From NCBI GenBank assembly GCA_050746805.1, contig JBOGMW010000102.1:287-64286 (forward strand): a stretch of DNA of 64,000 bases. The letters run 5' to 3'. The stretch comes from Candidatus Acidiferrales bacterium. Lineage in GTDB: Bacteria > Acidobacteriota > Terriglobia > Acidiferrales > UBA7541. The notes under the pieces were generated by a model. That model was not told the origin of the DNA and did not search any database. It saw only the letters and a program-made list of their open reading frames with translations. The translations under genes and the position numbers were made by a program. Numbering within the stretch: position 1 is the first letter of the stretch; each line of letters opens with the position of its first letter. Shown in pieces: positions 45,936 through 54,599 of the stretch.

Positions 45936-46828
45936 GCGCTCGCGTAGATCCAAATATTCTTCCGGACCTGCTTTCCGGACTCAACGAGATGCGGCAGCAA
46001 CTGAACGCGGCTGACGCGGAGCTGGCGTCCGGCAGAAGCATCAACGAACCCTCGGACAATCCAGCGGGTACGGCGGCGCTGGTGTTGAATCACGCACAGC
46101 AGAGCCAGACGGATACGTTTCAGCAGAACATTACCGACCTGCAATCGAAGATGCAGATCGCGGATTCAGCGCTCAGTTCCGCGGAGACGGCGATTCAACA
46201 GGCGATTTCGGTTGGCGTGGAAGCGGGAAATTCGACGCTATCAGATCAGGATCGCCAGGCGATCGCGCAGCAGCTCTCTGGAATTCAGCAGCAGCTAGTG
46301 GGAATCGCGAATTCGACGGCCGGAGGCACATACCTTTTCGGCGGGACGCTGGTGACCACACAACCGTTTACACCCAATGCAGCCGATCCCTCGGGTGTGA
46401 CGTACAGCGGGAATAGCTCGGTGCTGTCGGTGGAGATCGCGAACGGGCAAAGCGTGACGACAAGTGTTCCAGGCAACCAGCTGTTCCTTAATCCGGCAGG
46501 CAGCGTCTTGGGCGCGATCAATCAACTGATCGCTGCGGTTCAGTCCAACTCCGGAATTGCGGCGGCGAACACGGCGCTGGGACAGGCAGCCAGCGAATTC
46601 AGCACCGAGCGTCTGGTGTACGGAACGTCACTCAATCAGTTGCAATCCACCGAAACGTTTTTGGCCAACGATCGGGTGCAGCTGCAAACGCAGGAAAGCA
46701 ATATCGCCGGAGCGGACCTGGCACAGGTCACCACGAATTTCAGCCAGGCAGACGTTGCGTACCAGTCGCTGCTGCAGGCCGAAGGAAAAATTCTCAGCCT
46801 GCCAACCCTTCTCGATTACCTGCAGTAG
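45932..46828 (+). CDS. flgL: hook-associated protein 3 FlgL
   Basis: 298 aa. LASGRSINEPSDNPAGTAALV ... GADLAQVTTNFSQADVAYQSLLQAEGKILSLPTLLDYL. Confidence 0.9.
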   Translation: MSARVDPNILPDLLSGLNEMRQQLNAADAELASGRSINEPSDNPAGTAALVLNHAQQSQTDTFQQNITDLQSKMQIADSALSSAETAIQQAISVGVEAGNSTLSDQDRQAIAQQLSGIQQQLVGIANSTAGGTYLFGGTLVTTQPFTPNAADPSGVTYSGNSSVLSVEIANGQSVTTSVPGNQLFLNPAGSVLGAINQLIAAVQSNSGIAAANTALGQAASEFSTERLVYGTSLNQLQSTETFLANDRVQLQTQESNIAGADLAQVTTNFSQADVAYQSLLQAEGKILSLPTLLDYLQ

Positions 46829-46899
46829 CCTGCCGCACCGATTGTTTCTCTACGATGGATAGCCGTGAATGGGCCGCAAGGTTCGTCGGGCTAAATCTC

Positions 46900-46932
46900 A
46901 AAAAAGCACGCCCCACAGATGAGCCTGGGGTG
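46900..46932 (-). terminator. intrinsic terminator of the minus-strand fliC-fliD-fliS operon
   Basis: Minus-strand RNA CACCCCA-GGCUCAUCUG-UGGGGCG then UGCUUUUUU. It lies 35 nt after the stop at 46967. Confidence 0.65.
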
Positions 46933-46966
46933 TCGGAACCGCGGTTCGAGCACGCCGGCAACGAAC

Positions 46967-47320
46967 CTATCCGATGTGACGGGCGAGGCTGGCCCAGGCG
47001 CCGACGGCGCCGGCCCGCGCGCGGGCGTTGGCTAATTGCGTGCTACGGACGCGCAGAGCGGCCTCCACATCGACGAGCTTGGCGCGCAGCGCGCGTAGCG
47101 TGTCGGTGTAGGAGGCGATATGAGTCCGCCATTCCTGTCCGGAGAGGGTTTCGCGCGGCGCGGACTGAACGGCGCGGTCGACATCGCGCAGGATTTGAGA
47201 CATTTCTTCGATAGCGCGGGAGCGCTGGTTCACTGGATCGGGAGAATTGGAGAGGACCCTGAGGCAAACGCGAAGATCGCGGTTGGCCTGTTGGATCGTC
47301 TCGATCGGCGCGGCGGACAT
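46967..47320 (-). CDS. hypothetical helical protein in the FliT position
   Basis: 117 aa. Its start overlaps the fliS stop (TGATG). No family recognised from sequence. Confidence 0.5.
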   Translation of the reverse strand: MSAAPIETIQQANRDLRVCLRVLSNSPDPVNQRSRAIEEMSQILRDVDRAVQSAPRETLSGQEWRTHIASYTDTLRALRAKLVDVEAALRVRSTQLANARARAGAVGAWASLARHIG

Positions 47321-47781
47321 CAGCGCGACGCCCGCACGCGACGAGATTCATTGCCGCGCAGCACCGGAGGAGGCACGGGGCCGGCCATTACCGGTTCCGG
47401 CTCTTCCTGCTTGCTGAGTTCGCGATCGACCTCCTGCCACCCTTCGGCAACGCCGGAAAATTCAGCGGCCAAAGCTTCCAGTATTTGAGCGGCGTTGGGG
47501 CCGCTGCATTCGAGGATTTTGACGCGTGATGAGTTATAGAAATCGGAGAGGCTGCGCGCCACTTGCCCACCTTTCTCAAAATTGAGAACAGATTGGAGGT
47601 GGCCGATTACCACGATAGCGTGGCTTAATTCGCGAGTGCGGCGTTCGATCTGGTTGCGCTGCACGGCGTCGAGAGCCCGGCGCAGGCTGCGAATCACTTC
47701 TTCGTACAAGATGACGATCAGACCGACTGGGCTTGCGCCTCCGACAGCCAGTTCGCGGTACGCGCGAGCGGGATCTCTCAT
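47320..47781 (-). CDS. fliS: flagellin chaperone FliS
   Basis: GASPVGLIVILYEEVIRSLRRALDAVQRNQIERRTRELSHAIVVIGHLQSVLNFEKGGQVARSLSDFY. Confidence 0.9.
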   Translation of the reverse strand: MRDPARAYRELAVGGASPVGLIVILYEEVIRSLRRALDAVQRNQIERRTRELSHAIVVIGHLQSVLNFEKGGQVARSLSDFYNSSRVKILECSGPNAAQILEALAAEFSGVAEGWQEVDRELSKQEEPEPVMAGPVPPPVLRGNESRRVRASR

Positions 47782-47803
47782 TTTTGTCCTTTACCCTCTT
47801 CCT

Positions 47804-49174
47804 TTAACCGAGCGACTGCAATTGCTGGGATATTTGCTGCAACAAAAGCGGAAGCTCCTGCAGGGTGGTATCTACCTGCACGTATTGCTGCGTTAGTTGC
47901 TGCTGCATGGTATTGAGCTGGTCCTGAAAATCGGAAATTTGCTGCGTGATGCTGGTTTGCGTTTGCGACAAGCCATTCATGTCCTGCGCGAGCGAGCCGG
48001 TGATGGGATCGGCGATGCCAGAGGCGATGCTCGACAGGTTGGCGCCGAAGCTACCGGATGTGGCCGATTGAAAGAACGATTGCACGGCGGTCGCGTTGCT
48101 CTGCAGCGCGCTTGAAAGGGCGGAGCTATTCACGGTTAAAGTACCGTCATTGTTCATGCTAATGCCGAGATCGGCGAGACTTTGCACCGCACCGTTGCCG
48201 GACATAGCGAAGGACGCCGCGGAAAGTATCTGGTTCTGGGCCAGTGCCAGGGTGCTGTCCGAGGCGAGCGGTCCGGACGAGTTGGTGGTGGGATCGACGG
48301 CGAACTGCTGGTTGAGGTCGCCCATCACGGTGTTGTAGGCGCTGACGAAACTGTTTACGGCAGCTTCCTGCTGGGTCACATCTGGCCCGGTGGTCAACGT
48401 GACTGAGGAATTTGGATTCGCGCCAGTGAGATTCAGAGTGACGCCGGACAAGGCGCCGGTGACCACGTTGCTGGCGCTCGAAATTGGGATGCCGTCAACG
48501 GTAAGCGAGGCGTTCGTGCCCGCAGCGGTGGTGAACGTGGGCAAGCCGCTAGACGGGGTGATGGTAAGGTTGCCGGGCTGGCCGCTGGTGTTGCTCACGA
48601 TTGCGAGGCGCGCTCCGTTGGCATCTGTGATGACGCTGGCGGTGACGCCGATGTTCGCCGTGTTGTTGATGGCATCGGCCAAGCCGGCGAGCGTGTTGTT
48701 GGTGTCGTCGATGGTGACGGTGGTCGGAGTGCCGGAGCCAACTTGGATGCTCAGAGTGCCGGTGGCGAGTGGAGTGGAGCTCGAGGCCACTGCAGTCGAA
48801 TAGCCTGACGAAGTGGTGGCGAGATTCGACACGGTGATCGTGTGCGTCCCGGATGGAGTGCCCGACACGGCGGTAGCCGAAAGGATTGAAGAATCGGATG
48901 ACGTGGCCGCGATAGCCGTCATTTGCCCGACGGGGTCGGTGAGGGCGTAGACAGCGTTCTGGAGCGTCTGAAAGTCGTTGTTAAAGCTGGTGAGCGCCGA
49001 TTGCTCGCTGGTGATCTGCGTTTGCTGACTCTGCATCACGGTCAGTTCGGCGGTTTGATTGGCCATGGCCGCGCTGACGAGTTGGCTTACGTCGATTCCG
49101 GCGCCAAGGCCGCCGCTGCTGGAGTTCGATTGCGAGCCGCCGAGAATGGACCCGCCGATGCTGGTGCTACTCAC
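47804..49174 (-). CDS. fliD: flagellar filament cap protein FliD
   Basis: 456 aa. GAGIDVSQLVSAAMANQTAELTVMQSQQTQITSEQSALTSFNNDFQTLQ ... QQLTQQYVQVDTTLQEL. Confidence 0.9.
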   Translation of the reverse strand: MSSTSIGGSILGGSQSNSSSGGLGAGIDVSQLVSAAMANQTAELTVMQSQQTQITSEQSALTSFNNDFQTLQNAVYALTDPVGQMTAIAATSSDSSILSATAVSGTPSGTHTITVSNLATTSSGYSTAVASSSTPLATGTLSIQVGSGTPTTVTIDDTNNTLAGLADAINNTANIGVTASVITDANGARLAIVSNTSGQPGNLTITPSSGLPTFTTAAGTNASLTVDGIPISSASNVVTGALSGVTLNLTGANPNSSVTLTTGPDVTQQEAAVNSFVSAYNTVMGDLNQQFAVDPTTNSSGPLASDSTLALAQNQILSAASFAMSGNGAVQSLADLGISMNNDGTLTVNSSALSSALQSNATAVQSFFQSATSGSFGANLSSIASGIADPITGSLAQDMNGLSQTQTSITQQISDFQDQLNTMQQQLTQQYVQVDTTLQELPLLLQQISQQLQSLG

Positions 49175-49288
49175 GGAAGCCTCCTTGCGACGCGCACACC
49201 AGACGTGGCGGAAGGTGCGCCGGCCGCGATCGAAAGCCGTTCAATCGTATTTTCCTCGATGGCCATTTTTTTGCGAAGAAGCCCGAAA

Positions 49289-49311
49289 GGCGGGCCCGAA
49301 GTGAGCCCGCC
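49289..49311 (-). terminator. terminator/attenuator-like hairpin after fliC
   Basis: Minus-strand RNA GGCGGGC-UCACUUCGG-GCCCGCC followed by UUUCGGGCUUCUU. Confidence 0.45.
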
Positions 49312-49329
49312 CTCCAGAACCTGTCAGGT

Positions 49330-50178
49330 CTAGTGAAGCAAATTGAGAACCTGCTGTTGCGCTGTGTTGGCTTGCGCCAGAGCCGAAATACCTGTCTGTT
49401 CAAGGATCGAGTATTTCGAAAGGTTGGCGACAACAGTGGGAATATCCGCGGCGGTGATTTGATCTTCCGCGGAGGTGAGGTTCTGTACTTCATTGTTCAT
49501 CACGTTGCTGGCCGCTTGCAAACGGTTGATGCCGGCTCCAATGGTGCCGCGGTCAGCGGCGACGGTGGCGATGGCGGTATTCACCAATTGCAGCGTTGCT
49601 TCCGGATCGGTTGCTCCGCCCGCTCCAGGAGTGCCGGTGAGAGTGGTGCTGTCAAGACCAAGGGCCGTGGTCGATAGACCGCTGATCTTGACGCCGATCG
49701 TAGTTGTGCCAGACGCGGTCGAGTCGCTGAGGAAAATCGAGCTCGTCGTGTTGGCCGTGGATGCGAAGATCGTCGCGCCGTTGAATGTGGTGTTCGTGCC
49801 GATGTTGTTGATTTCGTCCAGAATCTGTTGATATTCGGCGTCCAGCGCGGTGCGTTGACCGCTGGAAACCGTGCCGGTGGACGCTTCGGTGCCCAGCGTG
49901 ACTGCGCGGTTCAAAAGTGTGGTGACCTGGCCGAGCGCGCCGTCGGCAACCTGCAGAGCCCCGACGCCGTCGTTCGCATTGGCCACCGATTGCGTCAACG
50001 CCGTAACGTTGGCTTGCAAACCGTTGGCAATGGCAAGCCCAGCCGCATCATCGGCGCCGCTATTAATGCGCGACCCGGATGACAGCTGGGTGAGAGTGTT
50101 TTGTAAGTCCGATTGCGTGACGCTTAACTGGTTCTGAGCGATCAGCGAAGGGATGTTGTTCAGTACGCTTAATGCCAT
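49330..50178 (-). CDS. fliC: flagellin (short, 282 aa)
   Basis: MALSVLNNIPSLIAQNQLSVTQSDLQNTLTQLSSGSRINSGADDAAGLAIANGL ... LSKYSILEQTGISALAQANTAQQQVLNLL. Confidence 0.95.
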   Translation of the reverse strand: MALSVLNNIPSLIAQNQLSVTQSDLQNTLTQLSSGSRINSGADDAAGLAIANGLQANVTALTQSVANANDGVGALQVADGALGQVTTLLNRAVTLGTEASTGTVSSGQRTALDAEYQQILDEINNIGTNTTFNGATIFASTANTTSSIFLSDSTASGTTTIGVKISGLSTTALGLDSTTLTGTPGAGGATDPEATLQLVNTAIATVAADRGTIGAGINRLQAASNVMNNEVQNLTSAEDQITAADIPTVVANLSKYSILEQTGISALAQANTAQQQVLNLLH

Positions 50179-50301
50179 GGAGATAGCTCCTGCTGAACTG
50201 CTGAGGTTCCGTCCGCAAGCTCGGAGCCTTTCTCACCGGCTGGACACTCCCCCGCGCCGAAGGCGTCTCGAACACTGAACGGCTTTTTCTGTTCAATGAG
50301 C

Positions 50302-50329
50302 AAATCGGCCAGGGCTGAGAGCGCTTTAA
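50302..50329 (-). promoter_or_regulatory. sigma28-type promoter of fliC
   Basis: The minus strand reads TTAAAG-CGCTCTCAGCCCTG-GCCGATTT (TAAA-N15-GCCGATTT). It lies about 120 nt upstream of the fliC ATG. Confidence 0.7.
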
Positions 50330-50350
50330 TGTTTTGGGTGTAGCGCCGAA

Positions 50351-51706
50351 TCAAGAGATTACTTTTTCCGCAACTTGAGCACTCGAGACGGGAGCAGCTG
50401 TTTCAATCTTGGACAGGGCGTTCAAGAGCGGTTCAGAATTCGGATGCAGCGCGAGGCCTCGGCGGATGAGCGCGGCGGCCTCCGGCCATTGCTCCAGTTT
50501 GCCGCGAATGCTGGCGGCGCGGAGGAAGTCTTCGGCACGCGGCGAGGTGGCGGCCACCTTTTTCTCGGCGGCTTCTGCGGCCTCGGGCAAGCGCTTCAGA
50601 AAAACCTCGGCGACGATCAACCGGTCGTGCAGGTCAGGATCAGTGGGTTCGGCTTCGATCGCCTCGCGCAGGCGGCGGAGGCCGGCGCGGTCGCGGCCCT
50701 GGCGAATTTCCGCAAGGCCGAGCTTGCTTTCGATGGGGGCTTTGGCCGGCGCATGTTTGAGGCTGCGGCGATAGCACGCGGCCGCCGCGTCAAAATCGCC
50801 CAAATTGTAATGTACGTCTCCGAGCATCTCGGCGAGCCAGGGAGTGGAGTGTCCGCACCGTTGCGCGCGGCGTAGGTTGGCCAGGGCGCCGGCGTACTCT
50901 TGCAGGCGGAATCGGCACACGCCCACGAAAAACCAGCCTAAGCCGAATTGCGGATCGATTTTGCAAGCGCGCTCGAACGAGACCAGTGCGTCGCGATTGT
51001 TTCCCAGGTTTTCCAGCAGCGAAACGCCCAACTCAAAATGCGCCTGGCGGTTATCGGGCATTTCAGTGACCTTCTGTTTGCCCAGTTCGAGATAGAACAG
51101 GATTTTTCGGGCGCGTTCTTCGGCATCGCCCAGCATGCCCATGTGGTGGATCATCAGATTCGCCGTGGCAAGCTTGCGGTGCGACGAAAGAATGCTCCAG
51201 CCCACGGTCTCGTGGACGCGCCCGGCGAAGCGAATCTGCGGATCGCGACGGAACAGGCGCACGTTTTCGTGATCTACGTACGCGGCCGCATGCCGGGCCG
51301 GAGCGTAACTCGAGTCATTCGGCACTGCCGAACGGTCCCACAGCTTGTGCGCGAGCGTGGGAACGTAATTGCGAATGGCAACCTGATAGCCGTCCACTTC
51401 CTTTCTGGCCATTAGTGCAGGCAGGGCGGTTGCGGCGTCCGGATCGAGGCGTTCATCGGCGTCCAGCGACACAACCCAGTCTGCCGTGACCATCTCCAGC
51501 GGCATATTCCGCGCTTTTGCAAAGTCATTCTCCCACGGGATGAAAATCAGACGGGCTCCAGCAGCCCGCGCGATGGACGGCGTTTCGTCGGTTGACCCAG
51601 TGTCGGCGACTACAATTTCGCTCGCGATTCCTTTCACGCTGGCAAGGCAATCCGGCAGATCGCGCTCGGCGTTCTTGACGATCATCGATAGAGCAACTGT
51701 CGGCAT
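50351..51706 (-). CDS. family-2 glycosyltransferase fused to C-terminal TPR repeats
   Basis: LSMIVKNAERDLPDCLASVKGIASEIVVADTGSTDET...VVSLDADERL is a GT2 DxD-type core. The C-terminal half has TPR-like repeats (AHFELGVSLLENLGNNRDALVSFERACKIDP...). Confidence 0.85.
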   Translation of the reverse strand: MPTVALSMIVKNAERDLPDCLASVKGIASEIVVADTGSTDETPSIARAAGARLIFIPWENDFAKARNMPLEMVTADWVVSLDADERLDPDAATALPALMARKEVDGYQVAIRNYVPTLAHKLWDRSAVPNDSSYAPARHAAAYVDHENVRLFRRDPQIRFAGRVHETVGWSILSSHRKLATANLMIHHMGMLGDAEERARKILFYLELGKQKVTEMPDNRQAHFELGVSLLENLGNNRDALVSFERACKIDPQFGLGWFFVGVCRFRLQEYAGALANLRRAQRCGHSTPWLAEMLGDVHYNLGDFDAAAACYRRSLKHAPAKAPIESKLGLAEIRQGRDRAGLRRLREAIEAEPTDPDLHDRLIVAEVFLKRLPEAAEAAEKKVAATSPRAEDFLRAASIRGKLEQWPEAAALIRRGLALHPNSEPLLNALSKIETAAPVSSAQVAEKVIS

Positions 51707-51846
51707 GAAGCTCTCTGTATTCCCCCAAAAGTTTTCGGCCGCAGAAGCCGTCTTCTTAAGGCATATCGATCTTTAAGGCTGGTTCTTCGGAGTTGCGGAT
51801 AAGGCACGAACCGGTGTCACGAGTGCGCCGTTTCGGAACACGCGCC

Positions 51847-51873
51847 TCAATGCTCGCCGAATCCCGCCGATAC
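51847..51873 (+). promoter_or_regulatory. sigma28-like promoter upstream of flbD-motAB
   Basis: TCAA-N15-GCCGATAC, 68 nt upstream of the flbD ATG. Confidence 0.45.
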
Positions 51874-51902
51874 ACCCAGTGCGTACCACCATGGGCTGCG
51901 GT

Positions 51903-51918
51903 TGGCCCGTTCCGTGCA
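51903..51918 (+). promoter_or_regulatory. sigma54-like -24/-12 element upstream of flbD
   Basis: TGGCCCG-TTCC-GTGCA compared with TGGCACG-N4-TTGCA. The GC of the -12 element lies 24 nt upstream of the flbD ATG. Confidence 0.35.
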
Positions 51919-51940
51919 AGGCGTGTGCCAGAGGACGCGG

Positions 51941-52219
51941 ATGATTTATTTGACTCGGCTAAACAACCAGCCGCTGATCGTCAACGCTGATTTGATCAAG
52001 TTCATCGAGAACGCGCCGGATACGGTGATCACGCTACTGACAGGCGACAAGCTGGTGGTGCGCGAATCGGCAGCGGAAGTACTCGAACGCATTGCCGAGT
52101 TTCATCGCAAGTTCTATCGGCGGGCTGGGCCTGGAATCCTGTTCGATACGTCGCTGCCCGAAGGCGGCGGTGCAAAGCCGGAGGACCCTAACGGTCCTCC
52201 GCGAACTGACAAACCTTAG
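51941..52219 (+). CDS. flbD: flagellar protein FlbD
   Basis: MIYLTRLNNQPLIVNADLIKFIENAPDTVITLLTGDKLVVRESAAEVLERIAEFHRK. Confidence 0.85.
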   Translation: MIYLTRLNNQPLIVNADLIKFIENAPDTVITLLTGDKLVVRESAAEVLERIAEFHRKFYRRAGPGILFDTSLPEGGGAKPEDPNGPPRTDKP

Positions 52220-52232
52220 CGGGGGCGGGGGC

Positions 52233-53009
52233 GTGGACAAGGGAAGTTTCTTAGGCGTGATCGTCGCCCTGGGCGGCATATTGCTGGGCCTAACGCTAGA
52301 GGGCGGCAAAATCGGGCAAATCTTGCAGCCGACGGCGGCGCTTATCGTTTTTGGAGGCACTCTTGGCGCAATTTTGCTGCAGTTTCCGATCGCGGTGGTG
52401 TTCGCCGCATTCGCCAGCCTAGCCACCGTATTTTTCGAACCGGGCGACGACCCTCTGATGATCGTGAAGGAGATGGTGGGATTCGCGCAAAAGGCACGCA
52501 AAGAGGGCATCGTTTCACTGGACCCGGAAATCGAGGCCATCCGCGACTCGTTCCTGAAAAAATCGTTGATGCTCGCCGTCGATGGCACCGAGCCGGCCGA
52601 ACTTCGAAAAATTATGGAGTTCGAATTGGACAATGAAGCGGAACGCAGCGAAAACATTCCCAAAGTCTTCGAGTCCGCGGGAGGCTTTTCGCCCACCATC
52701 GGAATTATCGGTGCTGTGCTCGGGTTGATTCAGGTGATGCAGCACCTAGACAACATCACCGAAGTGGGCCGCGGCATCGCCGTCGCTTTCGTGGCGACGA
52801 TTTACGGCGTTGCGTCCGCCAACCTTTTCTTCCTGCCCGCGGCGGGCAAACTGAAAATTCGCAATCGCGCCGTGGAATTGCGGCACGAAATCGTGCTCGA
52901 AGGCGTCATCTCGATTCTGGAAGGCATGAATCCGCGCATGGTGGAAACAAAGCTTTTGAGTTTTTTGGCTGAAAGTCAGCAGACGACGAATGCCGCGGGA
53001 GAAAAATGA
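52233..53009 (+). CDS. motA: flagellar stator protein MotA
   Basis: GTG start. FLGVIVALGGILLGLTLEGGKIGQILQPTAALIVFGGTLGA...GIIGAVLGLIQVMQHLDNITEVGRGIAVAFVATIYGVASANLFFLPAAGKL. Confidence 0.9.
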   Translation: MDKGSFLGVIVALGGILLGLTLEGGKIGQILQPTAALIVFGGTLGAILLQFPIAVVFAAFASLATVFFEPGDDPLMIVKEMVGFAQKARKEGIVSLDPEIEAIRDSFLKKSLMLAVDGTEPAELRKIMEFELDNEAERSENIPKVFESAGGFSPTIGIIGAVLGLIQVMQHLDNITEVGRGIAVAFVATIYGVASANLFFLPAAGKLKIRNRAVELRHEIVLEGVISILEGMNPRMVETKLLSFLAESQQTTNAAGEK

Positions 53010-53893
53010 GCCGGCGGAAAAAGAAACCGCAGCATGAGAATCACGAGCGTTGGCTGGTGTCCTATGCGGACTTCATCACCCTGCTGTTTGCATTCTTTGT
53101 GGTGCTTTATTCTTCGGCGCAAGTGGACAAGCGCAAAGTGGGCGAATTGGCGATGGCCATTCAGGTGGCGTTTCAGAAAATGGGCATCTTCGAGGCGTCC
53201 AACACCAAGCCGGCCTTGCTCAACACCGAGCCCATGCCATTCTCGAAGGTTCAAATGGTGGAAAACGTTCCGCGCGTGGCAAAGCTGGATCAGTTGGTCA
53301 GCCCGCCGCGAGGTCCGCTAGCCGAGGGCGCGCCGCGGACGCCCATGAACGAAATCCAAAAGCAGCTGCACGAGGCTCTCTCACCCGAGCTGAAAAAGCA
53401 CACGGTGTCGATCACGCCGACGAAAGAGGGAATCGTTGTGAGCCTCCGCGAAGCAGGGTTCTTTGCCAGCGGCTCGTCGGATCTGCGGCCGGGCGCAACG
53501 GGAACGCTTGCCGACTTCGAGAAAGTGGTCGCTCCTTATCATGTACGCATCCGCATCGAGGGACATACGGACAACGTGCCGATCCACAACTCTCGGTTCG
53601 ATTCCAATTGGGATCTCTCCACAGCGCGCGCCACGGAAATCATCAAACTCTTCATTTCGAAATACGGTATTGCGCCCGATCGATTGTCCGCCGCCGGTTA
53701 CGGCGAATATTATCCCGTGGCCTCCAACGCCACAGCGACGGGCCGCGCCATGAACCGCCGGGTCGATCTGGTAATCCTCACTCCAACTTCCGATTCGGGC
53801 CCGCCGCTACCGCCCGGATCGCCGGGTCTTAGCGCCATGTCCGATCTAGGAGGCACCTTGCCGCCTGTCCAAGCAAGGCGGCCCGCGAAGTAA
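53006..53893 (+). CDS. motB: flagellar stator protein MotB (OmpA-like C-terminal domain)
   Basis: HERWLVSYADFITLLFAFFVVLYSSAQVD...IRIEGHTDNVPIHNSRFDSNWDLSTARATEIIKLF...NRRVDLVIL. ATGA overlap with motA. Confidence 0.95.
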   Translation: MSRRKKKPQHENHERWLVSYADFITLLFAFFVVLYSSAQVDKRKVGELAMAIQVAFQKMGIFEASNTKPALLNTEPMPFSKVQMVENVPRVAKLDQLVSPPRGPLAEGAPRTPMNEIQKQLHEALSPELKKHTVSITPTKEGIVVSLREAGFFASGSSDLRPGATGTLADFEKVVAPYHVRIRIEGHTDNVPIHNSRFDSNWDLSTARATEIIKLFISKYGIAPDRLSAAGYGEYYPVASNATATGRAMNRRVDLVILTPTSDSGPPLPPGSPGLSAMSDLGGTLPPVQARRPAK

Positions 53894-54129
53894 GACGCGC
53901 GCAAAAACCGGCCGTGAAGGCCCCGTTAATGGTACGAATCGGTGCTTTTTTGGCCACATAAGCGCCAGACAGTCTCCGCTGCGACCCCGGCGCGCGCTAT
54001 GATCCATGCATTCCGGGCCCAGCCAGTCGGTTTGCGGGTGCCGGAAACTTCGCGCTCATCCCCGAGGGATGAAGCGCGCGGAACGCAACTCCATCTCAAA
54101 CGGAATTCACAAATTAAAAGGAGGCGCAA

Positions 54130-54414
54130 GTGAAACACTGGCTTTCCAGTTCTCTAGCTCTTGTCGCACTGGTTTTCGCGCTCAGTTTCCCCGTGGCCGT
54201 CCCGGCTGCGCCCCGCACGCCTCAGCCGAAAGCTGCAGCGGCGGCGGCCGAACCGCATCCTGAGATTCGCGCCGCCATGGCCAATCTGCGCGAGGCGCGC
54301 GAACACCTTAATCACGCGAGTCACGATTTCGGCGGTCATCGCGTGGCCGCCATTAAGGCAGTCGACGAAGCCATTCACCAGCTTCAACTTGCCATGCAGT
54401 ACGACAGGCGCTAA
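54130..54414 (+). CDS. small secreted hypothetical protein
   Basis: AAGGAGG SD 5 nt upstream of the GTG. Signal peptide MKHWLSSSLALVALVFALSFPVAVPA. Helical His-rich mature part. Confidence 0.6.
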   Translation: MKHWLSSSLALVALVFALSFPVAVPAAPRTPQPKAAAAAAEPHPEIRAAMANLREAREHLNHASHDFGGHRVAAIKAVDEAIHQLQLAMQYDRR

Positions 54415-54599
54415 GGCACAAGATCCTCGGCCTGGCTTGCGGCGTCCGACCTCGCAGCGGGCGCCGCAAGCCGGGACGTGGCCTGGCATCGCTCATTGCC
54501 GGCCGTAGTCCTGCGGTTGCCGCGCATATCCCACCTGCACGCAGCGGCTCAAGTAACCAGTTAAAGTAAATGCTGAATAGCTTTGGGAGAAATCAGTAG

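Noticed and set aside
50179-50294. CsrA-type GGA motifs in the fliC leader, as in the FliW-CsrA flagellin control of Bacillus.
   Set aside because: No csrA or fliW gene is in the window, and the motifs are short. This is mentioned only as a possibility inside the fliC promoter finding.
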